From Lytechinus pictus (Eukaryota): a stretch of 64,000 nt of DNA. The DNA lies in NCBI RefSeq assembly GCF_037042905.1, contig NC_087251.1, forward strand, positions 6,574,001 through 6,638,000, given 5' to 3'. A program made the translations under genes and the position numbers. Of the stretch, positions 24,764 to 37,366 are shown in pieces (the first letter of the stretch is position 1; each line of letters starts with the position of its first letter). Under the pieces are notes generated by a model, which worked only from the letters and a program-made list of their open reading frames with translations, had not been told where the DNA came from and searched no databases.

Positions 24764-24771
24764 ACGTTAAC

Positions 24772-24854
24772 CAACCGAAACCCCGGTCGCAGACTTCAGC
24801 CAGTTCGGAATTCACCAGAACTTAAGTACAAGCTTCTTAGGCCAGAAATTTTAG
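24772..24854 (+). promoter_or_regulatory. Putative promoter/non-coding first exon of the ENTPD gene (most of it duplicated at 26731-26789)
   Basis: Strong donor TTAG|GTAAGC at 24854/24855. The native continuation (26828-27040) is CpG-rich with a GGGCGG box. The first coding exon has an acceptor upstream of its ATG, so an upstream exon must exist. Confidence 0.45.
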
Positions 24855-26827
24855 GTAAGCACTCTGTCGATGTTCCGGGACATTGGCTTTGAAGTGTATG
24901 CATATGATTGTCCATCTAACACTGATTCTATTTTTGGTAATTATTGAACTTCCTTTTCCCAAATTGGGAAGAAATATCACCAACTTTGGACTATATTTTG
25001 ACTGGCGGAAGGATTAGGGCTATTTTGCTGTTTGAGGTGATGAATCTGCTCCCCCCGACGGTGTCTTCAAACACGCCAATTTATTTTTAAAATGAGCCGG
25101 TCGAGGGACCCTTTTCTGGTCAGATATGGATTGCCAGATAAAAATCCTATCCACTGGTAGTAAACATTCGACCCCCGAATTTCACCCTTATTTTTTATGA
25201 ATTTTTTAAAATGCCAATTTAACACACGAGTCTATGGGGAATGAGTTAGGCCTGTGATACCTATAGCATTGTGACCATAGCCTATTACAAGGAAATTCCC
25301 TAGTTGATGAAATACCTGCCCAAAAGGGGCCCAAACTCTTCAGTAGCAGATTGCTTTCACTAGTATACATGTTTCAATCATCAAGAGGTCCAAAACTGAA
25401 CTTCATGGCTATATACAAGGCTACATAGGGGGTATAACAGGTAACAAATTGTGATTAGTAACTCTGTGTTTGTGTACCTAGGCTAGGCCATGTAGGCTGT
25501 GTATTTGTCTCTGTGATTCATGTTGTCGTGTGTTTTCGTATACCGACGAGCGCTGATGTAAATCCTGCATAGCACCCATCACAAGATATAGTACACATTA
25601 GATAGGCCTTGCATCAATTGCACTTGTGAAATTGGTTCATGGGGAAGGGAAGGGAAGGAGAAGAGAAAACTTTAGAATTTGGCTGAAGAGTGGTGGATTC
25701 AATAGGGAGGTGGGGGGGGGGGTAGAGAAAAGCATAGTTAGTATGTTGGGGGGGGGGGGCTGAGAATGAGTGCTACTGCTATCTTGTTCAACTTTTACTG
25801 ACTTCTAGCCAGACTAGCCCCCATCCATTTAGAATACAAGCCATCTAACCCCCTCTCTCCCTGTCTCTCTCTCTTACATCCCTTGGCTTGGGCCCTTGTC
25901 ATAGGAAGATGTGAATGTATAGTATGCTTGTATGTTGATTCTCATTTATTTTTATTGTTATCTAATTTAACTCATGTGAATCTGGTATGTGGGCAGATCT
26001 TGAATCCAGATATGCACACTATTTATATCTACATTTTACATTATAGGATTTGGGCCCTACATTGCATCCATTGTTGAGCTACATATAGGCAGGTAGGATG
26101 TGTGTAAATCCATAGGGCACTAGACATTAGGAGTAACATTAAAATTGGTCATTACATAACACATCTGTATATTTCATGCATTTCTTTGTGATAAAGTGAG
26201 TGTACAGATGTTAAAGAAAAGCCAGGAAGGTAAATTAAAAAGAAACCTTCATGGGCCATACAATACAGGCTTCACGGGCCTAATCACTAGAGGCAGGCCA
26301 TAGATATTCATTCGAGCCAACCCATTGCTATTTTTTAAATTTTGATATGGCTGATTAACAAAGTGTATGCATATGATTGTCCATCTAACACTGATTCTAT
26401 TTTTGGTAATTATTGAACTTCCTTTTCCCAAATTGGGAAGAAATATCACCAACTTTGGACTATATTTTGACTGGCGGAAGGATTAGGGCTATTTTGCTGT
26501 TTGAGGTGATGAATCTGCTCCCCCCGACGGTGTCTTCAAACACGCCAATTTATTTTTAAAATGAGCCGGTCGAGGGACCCTTTTCTGGTCAGATATGGAT
26601 TGCCAGATAAAAATCCTATCCACTGGTAGTAAACATTCGACCCCCGAATTTCACCCTTATTTTTTATGAATTTTTTAAAATGCCAATTTAACACACGAGT
26701 CTATGGGGAATGAGTTAGGCCTGTGATACCTCAGCCAGTTCGGAATTCACCAGAACTTAAGTACAAGCTTCTTAGGCCAGAAATTTTAGGTAAGCACTCT
26801 GTCGATGTTCCGGGACATTGGCTTTGA
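24796..26827. repeat. A-B-X-B-A permuted duplication (A = 97 bp, B = 371 bp)
   Basis: A at 24796-24892 and 26731-26827; B at 24892-25262 and 26361-26731; no mismatches seen by eye. Confidence 0.9.
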
Positions 26828-28244
26828 CAGGATTTTGGGGATCTATCGGTATTATATTACTCTGCTCTGCCGCTGTTATACTCCGTCTCCGAAGCCAAGG
26901 CGAAGGGTCCTTGCTTCAGTTGCTTGCACTTGCAGCCGTCAGCCGCCGCACTGCAGTGGTACCGTACCGTATGCAGTGCTAGCCGCCGAGGGCGGGGGAA
27001 CGAAACTCTAGCCTAGGATCCACTGGGGATCGGGACGCAGTCAAAAACAAATGAGGCCTTATTTATATTTACAATACAACGAAACTTTAGACTAAAGAAG
27101 GTGTTGCAAGGCCTTAAGTTATAGCTATACTGTATCGTTCTAACAATGTAGTCATGTTGTACTTGTAGGTATGTGACAAAAAAAATGAAAATCATCAAAT
27201 ATCAATAAATTTGGTCATCATTTTAAACTTGAGTTAAAGCTCTTAATATAGGCCTAGTCTTAAAAATAAAAAAGACCTTTCAAATGATACCATCAAGAAA
27301 TTATAAAGTTATTCCAGTTCAAGTCGCGCATATTCATCCAAATTTGTGGCCATGGTCTTGATGTAAAGTCAATGGAATACAGAACCGATTTTTGTGACCA
27401 TTTTGAACCCAAGTCTTCTGTTTTTTAGCCCTTTGTCTTTGAAGTAATTTAGGTATCAATTGGCACTTCAGGTGAAAATTAGGAAAGGCTGTTCCAGCAT
27501 GTTTTTTATGCTCACAATGAGGCTCAATATCTACGATTCACAAAACTGTTTGAATTTTCAAATTCCATCTTCTAGAAGTTGAGTTATTGTCATCTTTGTG
27601 ATACAAAAACAGGGCTTTTAGTGGACAAAAGACGATTGCGTATTAAATCTTATTATTTTCTATGTTTTGGGCATGGCACACTTATAATACATAGCTAATG
27701 GGGAATGTACAAGCTCTTTATTTAAATCTTTTGAAAGCTTTTTTTGCAATGATTTCGACTACCCCTGGACGATTCCCCCCGGACAATTAACCCCCCCTGC
27801 CCCCAGACAATTACCCCCCCCAAGACAACTACACTACCCCTATCAAAAAATCTACACCTAACCCTATTTCAGGGGTAATTGTCCTGTGGTAGGTTTATGC
27901 ACAGGGTAAACATGACTTGATATGGATTTCTTTTGCTTGAACATTAGAAATTAAATTTTCAATGAATATAATTCAAAATCAAAGAAAGAGAATTAAAATA
28001 ATCTCAAGAATTTTTAGACAAGAAAAATAAAGACAGATTGAATTCAATTGTCTATTATGATTATCTCATTATTGTTATTGTGGTCTCAATATCAGGGCAT
28101 AAATTAATCGCCAGGCCGTCGATGCCCCTATTTTAACAAAAAATGATCAATTCACGGCCAAAAAGGCTGTGCCCTTTTTTTGTAACTGGCCGATGTGCCC
28201 TTTTTTCAAAACTGGTCATGTCCTAGCTTTCTCAGTGTAAGATT

Positions 28245-31200
28245 AAAGTTTACAAAGTTCTCCCATATTTCACAAGCAAAAATACAGAAGAGAGAGAGAA
28301 AAAACAAAGTTAATAAACAACTTGCCTCAATTCAAACTGCAAGCCATTTACCGTGATTTTCTTTGATCTTGTCTTGTCTTTCCATTGATGCCCACAATCA
28401 AAGTGTTGATTATTATGGCAAAGTGATCTACATTTGATCTACACACAGACACACACGCAAAGTCAGCATACAGTGTACATGTACTAGCTGCTGCACGTGG
28501 CCTGGCCTGCCTGCCTGTGTGGTATTTGTGGCAGCCATGCATGATCGTCGGAGATTTGCAAACTCTGAATCAAAGTGAACAATCTCACATGATTAACAGT
28601 TTTTCCAACAAAATCGGCAGGAATTTTTTATAATTACATGTATATGGATTCTCAGATTAATGATTTGGTAATGTTATGGAGGAGCAAGTTATTGAGTTTT
28701 CATTACTAGATCGGTCTAGTTGTTTCAGCTTTTGTTTTGAGTCTTCTTGTTATCGGTGCGAACACGACAATGGGAAGAGAGATGACTAGCCTGTGTACGT
28801 GTGAAGCCGCGATGTTTCACCCAATTTTTAAGTTTGACAATGTTTCACTTTGAAATTTTATTAGTTTCTAAAACATTTTAGTTTTCTAACAATTTTTTAA
28901 TATATTACAATAAAAAAACAAATACTAGTATCAGTAAGATTTTTGTTAGATGATTACATTTGTTTTGTTTGCTTGAAATTTGATTTTTTTTTTCCTCTTT
29001 AATTTCTTCATTTGTTTCTTTATTTCTTTCTTTCATTTTTAGCTCATCCGGCCCGAAGGGCCAGATGAGCTTATGCTGTGGCGTCCATCGTCTGTCATCC
29101 GTCCACAATTTCAAAATGCTTCTTCTTCGCCATTTCAAGTCCGATTTCAATTCTGTTTGCTTTATATGATAGCACTAGGTGGGGGATTCAAAGCTTCTAC
29201 ACAGAATTTTGAAATTCATTAAATATGCTAATTTATGCAGATTTTTCAAAATTCATAAAAAATGCTTCTTCTTCTTTATTTGTTGACCAATTTTGAAATT
29301 CATTAAATATGCTAATTTATGCAGATTTTTCAAAATTCATAAAAAATGCTTCTTCTTCTTTATTTGTTGACCGATTTTGAATTTTTTGCTTCCATCTGGT
29401 ATAGCTTGATGAGGTTCACCAAACGTCTACATAGAATTTTTAAATTTGGAGTAGAAAAATATTTATGCTAATTAATGCGAAATTCATAAATCACAAAAAT
29501 GCCTCTTCTTTATTTGTTGACTGAATTTCAAAAGGCTTCTTCTTCATCATTTCAAGTCTGATTTCAATTCTGTTTGCTTTATATGATAGCATTAGGTTGG
29601 GGATTCAAAACTTCTACACAGAATTTTGAAAATCTTTAAATATGCTAATTTATGCGTATTTTTAAAAATTCACATAAAATGCTTCTTCTTTAATTGTTGA
29701 CCGATTTTGATTTTTTTTTTCTTCCATCTGGTAGAACTTCATGAGGTTCACCAAACTTCTACACAGAATTTTGAAATTTTCAGTAGAAAATTATTTATGC
29801 TAATTTATGCGAAATTTATTCATAAATCACAGAAAATGCCTCTTCTTTATTTGTTGACCGATTTTCTTTTTTTTTCTTCCATCTGGTAGAGCTGTATGAG
29901 GTCCACCAAACTTGTACACAGAATTTTAACCACTGAGTAAAACAATTTTTATGCTAATTTATGTGAAATTTATGCATATTTTTAAAAATTCACATAAAAT
30001 GCTTCTTCTGAATTTGTTGACTGATTTTGATTTTTTTTCTTCCAATTGGTAGAGCTTCATGAGGTTTACCAAACTTCTACACAGAATTTTGAAATTTTGT
30101 CTCGAAAATTATTTATGCTAATTTATGCAAAATTTATTCATAAATCACAAAAAATGTTTTTTCTTCATTTGTTGATCAATTTCAATTTTGTTTGCTTTAT
30201 ATGATAGCTCGAGGTGGTGATACAAAATTTCAACACAGAATTTTGAACCTCATTAAATATGCTAATTTATTCATATATTTTTAAAACTCACAAAAATAAT
30301 TATTTATTTGTTGATTGATTTGATTATTTGTGTTCCATCCGAGAGCCACATGAGCTTCACCAAGGTTCTACACAGATTTAAGAAATTTTGACTAGAAAAT
30401 TATTTATGCTTAATTTATATGAAACTGATTCATAGATCACAAAAAATGCTTCTATGTCATTTCTTCATCAATTTCAATTCTATATCCTCAATTTATGTCA
30501 CCAATATAATTCACTACAATGTCAACTGGGCTGAAATTAAAATTGTGTTAAAATTTAGTAGGGAGATGCCGGATGAGCTCCACATCATTGATGTGCTAGT
30601 TCTTTCTTTTCTATCCTTTTTTCTTCATCCTTCTATCCTTTCTGCTTGCCTTTTTTGGTTCTATCTTATTTCAAATCTTTCCTAGCTTTCTTTCCTGATC
30701 CTTTCTCTCTCTGTTCGTTTTTTGTTCTTTCCTTCCTTCCTTTTCTTAATTTCCTTCTTTTATTTCCTTTCTTCTTTCTTTCCTTAATTTTTTTGCCCCC
30801 TTCCTCTTCTTTTTTATTTTCATTCTTTCTGTCATTCCCTCTTTCTTCTTTCCTACTTTCATTCTTTTCTTGCTTTCACTCTCTCTTTGCTTCATTCCAT
30901 CTATCTTTATTTCTTATTATTTCCTAGCTTTCCTTCCTTATTTTTCTGTGTTCATTTATTTTCTTCATTCTTTCTTTCTTTACATGTCCCTCATTGTTTT
31001 TTTACATTCTTTTCCTTTTTTCATTCTTTCTCTAACTTTCCTTCTTTTTTAAATTTCATTTATTTTCTTCATTCTTTCTTTCTTTTACATGTCCCTCATT
31101 GTTTTTTTACTTTCTTTTCTTTTTTTCCTTCTTTCTCTTACTTTCCTTCTTTTTTTAATTTCATTTTTTTTAATTTCCTTCATTCTTTCTTTTCTTAAAA

Positions 31201-32131
31201 TTTTCTTTGCTTCCTTTTCCCTTTCCTTTTGTTCTTTCTCTCCTTCCATTATTTTCTTTCTTTTTTCATTCTCTCCTCCCTCTCTTTCATCCTTTATTTC
31301 ATGCTTTATTTTCTTTTTTTTTCCTTGTTGCTATTCCCTTCCTTCCTTTCTTCCTGTTTTTCTTTCTTTTTCTCAAAGAATGAAGGAAACATTTTTCTTT
31401 CCTTTATTCGTTCATCCTCCGTTTTTTTTTTCTTTTTTCTCCTTTTTTCTCCTTTTTTTCTTTCAAACATTCATTCATCACCCCTTCCTTTCTCTTTCTC
31501 TCCTTTTTTCTTTTTTTTATTTATTTCAGAGAATGAAGGAAACCTTTTTTTTCTTTCCTTTATTATTTCTTTCATCCTTCTTTTATTCTAACTTTCTTTT
31601 CACTGTTTTTCTTTTTTCCTTCATTTTCTTTACTTCATTTCCCCCCTTCATTTTTTCTTTCTTTCCTCTCCATTCATCTCTTTTCTATCCTTCATTCTTT
31701 ATTTCAACCATTTGTTCACCATCCCTTCCTTTCCTTTTCTTTCTTTTTTTTTCCTTTCTTTTTTTTCCTTTCTTTATGTTTTTTGTTCTTTCTTCATTTC
31801 TTTTTTTCTTCTTTTATGATTACTTTCAGTGATTCCCTTATTTATTACATGAAAATATCTGAGAGATTCAAATGGCATATCAACACACTAATTTCGGTCA
31901 AGATAAAATCACCTTGAAAAAAAACCACAATTTTACAAATACAAGGTATATCAGTTCATGTTAAAAAGAGAGGAAAAAGGCAATGGTACATGTCCATAGA
32001 ACAGCACTTCTTTCCTTTAAACGGTAAAATCTTGTTTTGAAATATTTTTGAGGGTGCAAGTAAAATATATATTCGAGCAAGTATTTTCCAACTACAGTAT
32101 TTAGAAATAAAAAAGGTTATGTAGCACCCTG
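28245..32131. mobile_element. Truncated copy of the 38815-40430 family with an expanded pyrimidine-rich tract (30602-31830), interrupted by a HINE
   Basis: Colinear with 38945-40430; ends TTATGTAGCACCCTG. Confidence 0.78.
29037..30601 (+). mobile_element. Helentron-associated non-autonomous element (HINE/DINE-1-like) with internal tandem repeats
   Basis: T-rich target; subterminal IRs AGCTCATCCGGC (29041) / GCCGGATGAGCT (30568); 5' hairpin; (CGTC)-like microsatellite; 3' palindrome CACATCATTGATGTG then CTAGTT. Confidence 0.8.
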
Positions 32132-32423
32132 TACAAGATTAAGTACATTTGACATCTTAAAAAAAGGATACCGAAAAAAAATGGCCTTTGATGCCCTTCT
32201 TGGAAAAAGATTTTGGCCGTGGTGCCCTTTGTAGTGGCCTTGGTGCCCTAAAAAATATGAGGTATTTAAAGGCCAAACTGGCCTTGCCCTAAAAATGACG
32301 AAATGTAAGGCCTGTGAATTCATTGTGCATAAATTATCTCAGCACGAACAAACGAGTGAGACTTGAACTAGGATCAAAATAAACTTCAAATTAATGGTGA
32401 ATAGGCATCATAATTTCACAATA

Positions 32424-32587
32424 GGGGAGATCGGGGTTAGTTTTGAACGCAGGGTAAGTTGAAACACTTATATTATTGATTAATAGCAATTAATTGAGGG
32501 CAGTATTGCATAAATTTATTTTACAGGCGTTAAAGAAAATTACAATGTTTCAACTTACCCCGTGTTCCAACTAACCCCGATCTCCCC
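32424..32587. mobile_element. 164-bp TA-flanked MITE
   Basis: TA|GGGGAGATCGGGGTTAGTT ... AACTAACCCCGATCTCCCC|TA. Confidence 0.8.
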
Positions 32588-32726
32588 TAGGTTTAATTTT
32601 GGGGAAATATAAGTCAAGTTTAGTATTTAAGTACTATAAAGGCGCAGCAAAAAGCTCATAGCTTTTTATCAAGCATAACATCACTTCATTGTATGTAAAC
32701 TTTGTGCATGCTGCCCGCGTCCCAGG

Positions 32727-33743
32727 CAGCGGTGTAACAGGGGTTGGTGGCCAGGGGGGGCAAGAGCCAAAATTTTCATGGTCATATAGCATACAAACCT
32801 CGTACTAGTGTGAGTGGGTCATTATCATGGTATGAACAGGTTTAATGGTGTAATGAGGCGACGATTTTGATAGGGCCAGATATTGCGTATCGGGCAGAAT
32901 TTTTTTTTTAATGTTGCGAGCGAGCGAGCAAAAATTTTTTTAATACAAAATTCAATTTTGTGATAGATTTTGACATGATATCCAGAGAATATATTTCAAT
33001 CTTCTCTCCTTCCATTCCTTTTTTTGTGGTCTGTACGCCACTGTGAACAGGATTTTTTTCGGCAATAGCGTGAAGAGAGAAAAAAAAAAACAGGGGCGCA
33101 GTATGGCACATGTGCTAAAAAGCTGCTTAATATAAATCCCGAGCGTGCGAAGCGAGCAAGAAAAAAATCACCTTTTCATGAGAAACTAACTGAGATATTT
33201 TTTGACATTATATTCAGTAAATAAAATCATAGTCCTCCACTTTTCCTTTGATTTTCTTTCCTCCTTTTTTATCTTGGTTGCAGAACTTTTGGGGGCCATG
33301 GCCCAACCCTTCTATACTCATCTAAGGCAGTGCTATGCGGTTGGGGTCCTTGGCAGAGCCCCCGGAACTTCTTGATATCAAAGCCATTTAAACCTCGCAG
33401 ATTGCCGCTATTTTTATTCAAATCGGGGTATATACAGGATATAGCTTTACACAACACATTTATTCAACCCAGTTGCGTAATGAAAGAAATATTTTGAGGG
33501 GGCAAAACATAGCGATGTGGGAAAATTTGTAAAAAGTCGCCAGCGATCAAATCGAGCTGGAAAAAAAATTAATTGCCTATTGAAATTAAATTCTAATTAT
33601 TTATGTGATAGATTTTTCCATAATATTCAGCAAAGAACACATTTCATTGTTTCCATTCATTTCATTACTTTGTCTCCTATAATTTTTTTTAATTTCCCCT
33701 TGGGTGTGGAACCAAGACCCCCCCCCACGCCTGTACGCCAGTG
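32727..33743. mobile_element. Diverged H2-family element
   Basis: Reverse-complement similarity to ~3776-4744; ends CAGCGGTGTAACAGG / CCTGTACGCCAGTG; no TSD recognisable. Confidence 0.75.
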
Positions 33744-33761
33744 ATTGAATGAAAAGCTTAA

Positions 33762-34339
33762 AGGAGAATGAAACCCTTGAAACCAGCTGAATCCATATCA
33801 AAGAGAAAAATCAAAGAAACATATTGTTGAAAGTTTGAGGAAGATTGAATGAATAATAAGAAATTTATGAGCATTTGAATATTGAGATCACTAATGCCAT
33901 GTAGTTCCTCCCATTGGCAATGCGACCAAAATCTGTGATGTCACACACGTACAACTCCCTCATTACTTTAGTACTTATTTCACTTATATTCTCACTTTTA
34001 TAGAGTCTATCACAAGGTGATGTGTTCTCTTTATGAGAGGACAAGTACAGAGGTTTCACAACATTATAACATTGATGAATCGTTTGTCATATGATTAGAA
34101 TGAGCAAAAAGAGATGTTTTGGGGTATATACTTTCAGTGTCCAAAAGGGGAGAGTTGTTCATCTGTGACATCATAGATTTTGGTCGCATTGCCAATGGAG
34201 GATCTCCATAGCATTAGTGATCTCAACATTCAAATGCTCATAACTCTTCTATTGCTAGTCCTATAAACTTTTGTTGATCTTATTCTTTGATTTTTCTGCT
34301 TTCACAAAAGCTAACTTGCTCCAAAAGTTTCATTCTCCT
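33762..34339. mobile_element. TTAA-specific palindromic MITE (Kolobok-type), same family as 339-912
   Basis: TTAA|AGGAGAATGAAAC ... TTTCATTCTCCT|TTAA. Confidence 0.85.
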
Positions 34340-34839
34340 TTAAGACACCAAACGCAGAAAGTGATGATGATCATCATGATACTAGTCATTACCACAATAA
34401 TTATATCTTTCTGTGACCGGGGTTAATATTTAAACCATGATAATCGATGCTTTAATAGAAATTATCTAGGGGATACATTCCATTTATATTTATAAAAAAA
34501 AACTGGAACGTTAGTGATTAAAACTTGTGCAGCATCTGATAAATTGGAAGTAATGTGAGGATGTGACCATGATAATAGAATTGTGTTAAATTAAATAATT
34601 GTTCACTTGTTTATACAACTCCCACGCAAGTTTTATACATATGCTACCGTGTACACGGTCATGGAATTCAGTACACGTGCACTGACTTGACCGGGCATGT
34701 ACACGTGTACCCGAAACGGGCCTAATTTGAAGATACCATAGAAATTTACGTTGACCGTAAAATTAGGTTGTTAAGATTAGGCAGTAATCTACATGTGCAG
34801 CAGACATGTTTTATGCAGTTTCGATACAGTTTTTTTCAG

Positions 34840-34907
34840 GCAAATGACCCCGTGAGGGTGAGGGTTCATTTCTGATTTTCTGAGTCATGGTATTTTCCAT
34901 CAAGAAA
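34840..34907 (+). other. Candidate 5'UTR exon of the ENTPD gene
   Basis: ttttttcag| acceptor and AAA|gtaagt donor; a CpG/CACGTG cluster lies just upstream (34640-34720). Confidence 0.3.
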
Positions 34908-37077
34908 GTAAGTTAAGTATGAGATAAACAGGACCAATATATGTATTGTACAAATGTGAAAATTAGAATGGAAAGTGTAAGAGTCAAGTGAAAATTTTAA
35001 TGCATGTATAAAGCATCAATGCAAGCGGCTAGGTTCAATGCTTGTATTTTCTTTTTAGTGCGGTATTGGCATAAGACAAAAAAGATTGAAAGTGCAAAAG
35101 TTATAAGATACACTTTCTATTCTGAATTTGCACATTTAGTTTATGAAACTAAAGGTTTAGGTACATGTAAAATGATAAACAGAAGCAAGAATGCAAGATA
35201 ATGTATTTGTTTTAAACTTGTCTGTAAATCACAAACAACATAGAAGTAATTTGTCTTTGAATAGAAAATGAGGAATAAAAATACAATGAAAATTTTCAGG
35301 TATTATGTGTTTGATGAAGAGTATGCATGAGCATAACAAACAAAATTCCCATGCTTAATTTATAATAGTGAGATTGCAGTTTAAAAGCAGGAGTTAATAT
35401 GAATAATGAAGATAAAACATGTGTGTTCTTGCTCAATTTCTAGGTCTAGAATTTATGAGAAATATACTATGAAATAGTTGATTTAACAGACATTGTTTTA
35501 TAAACCAAAAGTAAGGTTTTGTGAAAGTAAAGGATTTTCCAATCCGAAAAAGGATAGGCTAAATTACGAACTAACATTGGAATGTTTTATTTTTTATAAA
35601 CTTGTGCAAACTGCACAGATAGTTGTTGTTGTTGTTTTAGCTTATACGGCGCGTATCATTCAGCAGTGAATATTTGCGCTGAAATAGTTGTTGTTATCTT
35701 GGGTTTTAAGGCGCGTACCATTCAGATATGAATATTTACGGCTGATTAATCTGTCTTATTTTTGTGGTTATAAAATTTGATGCATTATGGATCAGCGCTG
35801 CTTTAAGGCACTTTGTATGAGATTGTGAAAGGCGGCTCGTCACAAATCATTGATTGTTTGAATAGTATTTTCTGGCCAACCTGGTTCAGTAATTTGAATG
35901 GGCTTCTCAGCATGTGCGTGATTGCTAATAAAAAAAACAAGCACTGCCTAGGCCCCCCCATACCCAACCAAAAAAATGTGATGCCTGTCAACAGACCTCT
36001 CTTTCCGAGGTTTGAAAAGAGAAAGTAAAAAATAGGAAAATGCAAATATTAGTCTTCTTTCAAAAGTTTAGACTTGTTTTTGGCAGATTTTAAATGCAAC
36101 AAATATGCATTATCTTTAAACAAATAATTGATGCCAGTTAGCTCATGTTTACAGTAGACATTTGATATACAATTTTAACCATTGTTATATTTGAGGTGCT
36201 TGTTTACTAATGATGTCACAAGTAGGATATTTGGAGTTCACAGATTGAGAGAACTTATACTAAAACTTTATATGTTAAACAAGGAAGACACTTGTTAAGA
36301 CATGGAAGATTATTATTACTAGCAATATTCACTATATTTGTCAAGAAATCAATGCAAACATGGCATCATGAAAGTAAAAGCAAAGACTTCAGATCTTTCA
36401 TAAACAATTTATTTCAGACTGTAGATTCAAATATGTATTTGGTTCATGATAATTTCGGAAGTTATGTAAACCACATAACATTCAAAGATACATTTATGGT
36501 CATGAAACTGAGGATGTTTTTTCCCTTTTTTTTCTTTTAACTCCATACATGTAGATTGAATAAACACATTTACATCAGTTCTTCGGAGGCCAGCTCAGTT
36601 GATCGTTGTACTTAGTCTTATACAATCTCAAACGGAATTTGCCATCTGTAATAAGTTCCTTTTCATCAACGATCCATAATATTATTTCTAAAAATTTACT
36701 TGTCAAGTTGAGAGAACACTTTCCAGTACATCTCATTGCTATGAATCAATTGTATGATGGGTGTCCAAACTTAGCACAGATATCAAAGATAATCAGTCGG
36801 GTAAAATTCATTCACAAAATATTTATATTTCATATAAAACCAATCAAGTACCCGTAGATCTAATAGCTATCAAATTTAAGGCAAGACTGTAGACTAAAAA
36901 GTATGTCACAGGTTATGCCGGTATTGCAATATAAAAATCATATGCTGATCAACGTGTTCTTTTCATGTATTTACAGGAGTTCATCAGTGATGTAACCAAA
37001 TGCTATATGCTGGCTGAGCAACTTCTCAGTGAGGATGCTACAAATGATCTTTGACTCTCCTGAGAATTCAATCATCA

Positions 37078-37366
37078 ATGGTCCTCGACATGATGCAGCG
37101 GATGTCCTGTAAGATCATGGTTGTATCCGTCACCATACTATCAATCTCACTCTTGTATCTGACCAGGAAGCATACGTCATCTTCAGATTTAGTTGTGCCT
37201 CAGGAATCTATCTATGATTTTATGAGTAACAAAGATACACCATGGAGGAGTGATGATGATGATTTATATGAGATCCAGCAGAAAGATGATTACTATGGTG
37301 TCATGTTTGATGCAGGCAGTACTGGTTCTAGGGTTCATGTCTTCCACTTCCAAGAAACCCCCAAGG
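37078..37366 (+). CDS. ENTPD5: ENTPD5/6-like coding exon 1 (signal/anchor + ACR1)
   Basis: Acceptor tttacag at 36976; ATG 37078 (alternative in-frame Mets follow); [20 protein letters not shown]; donor G|gtaaat. Confidence 0.9.
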
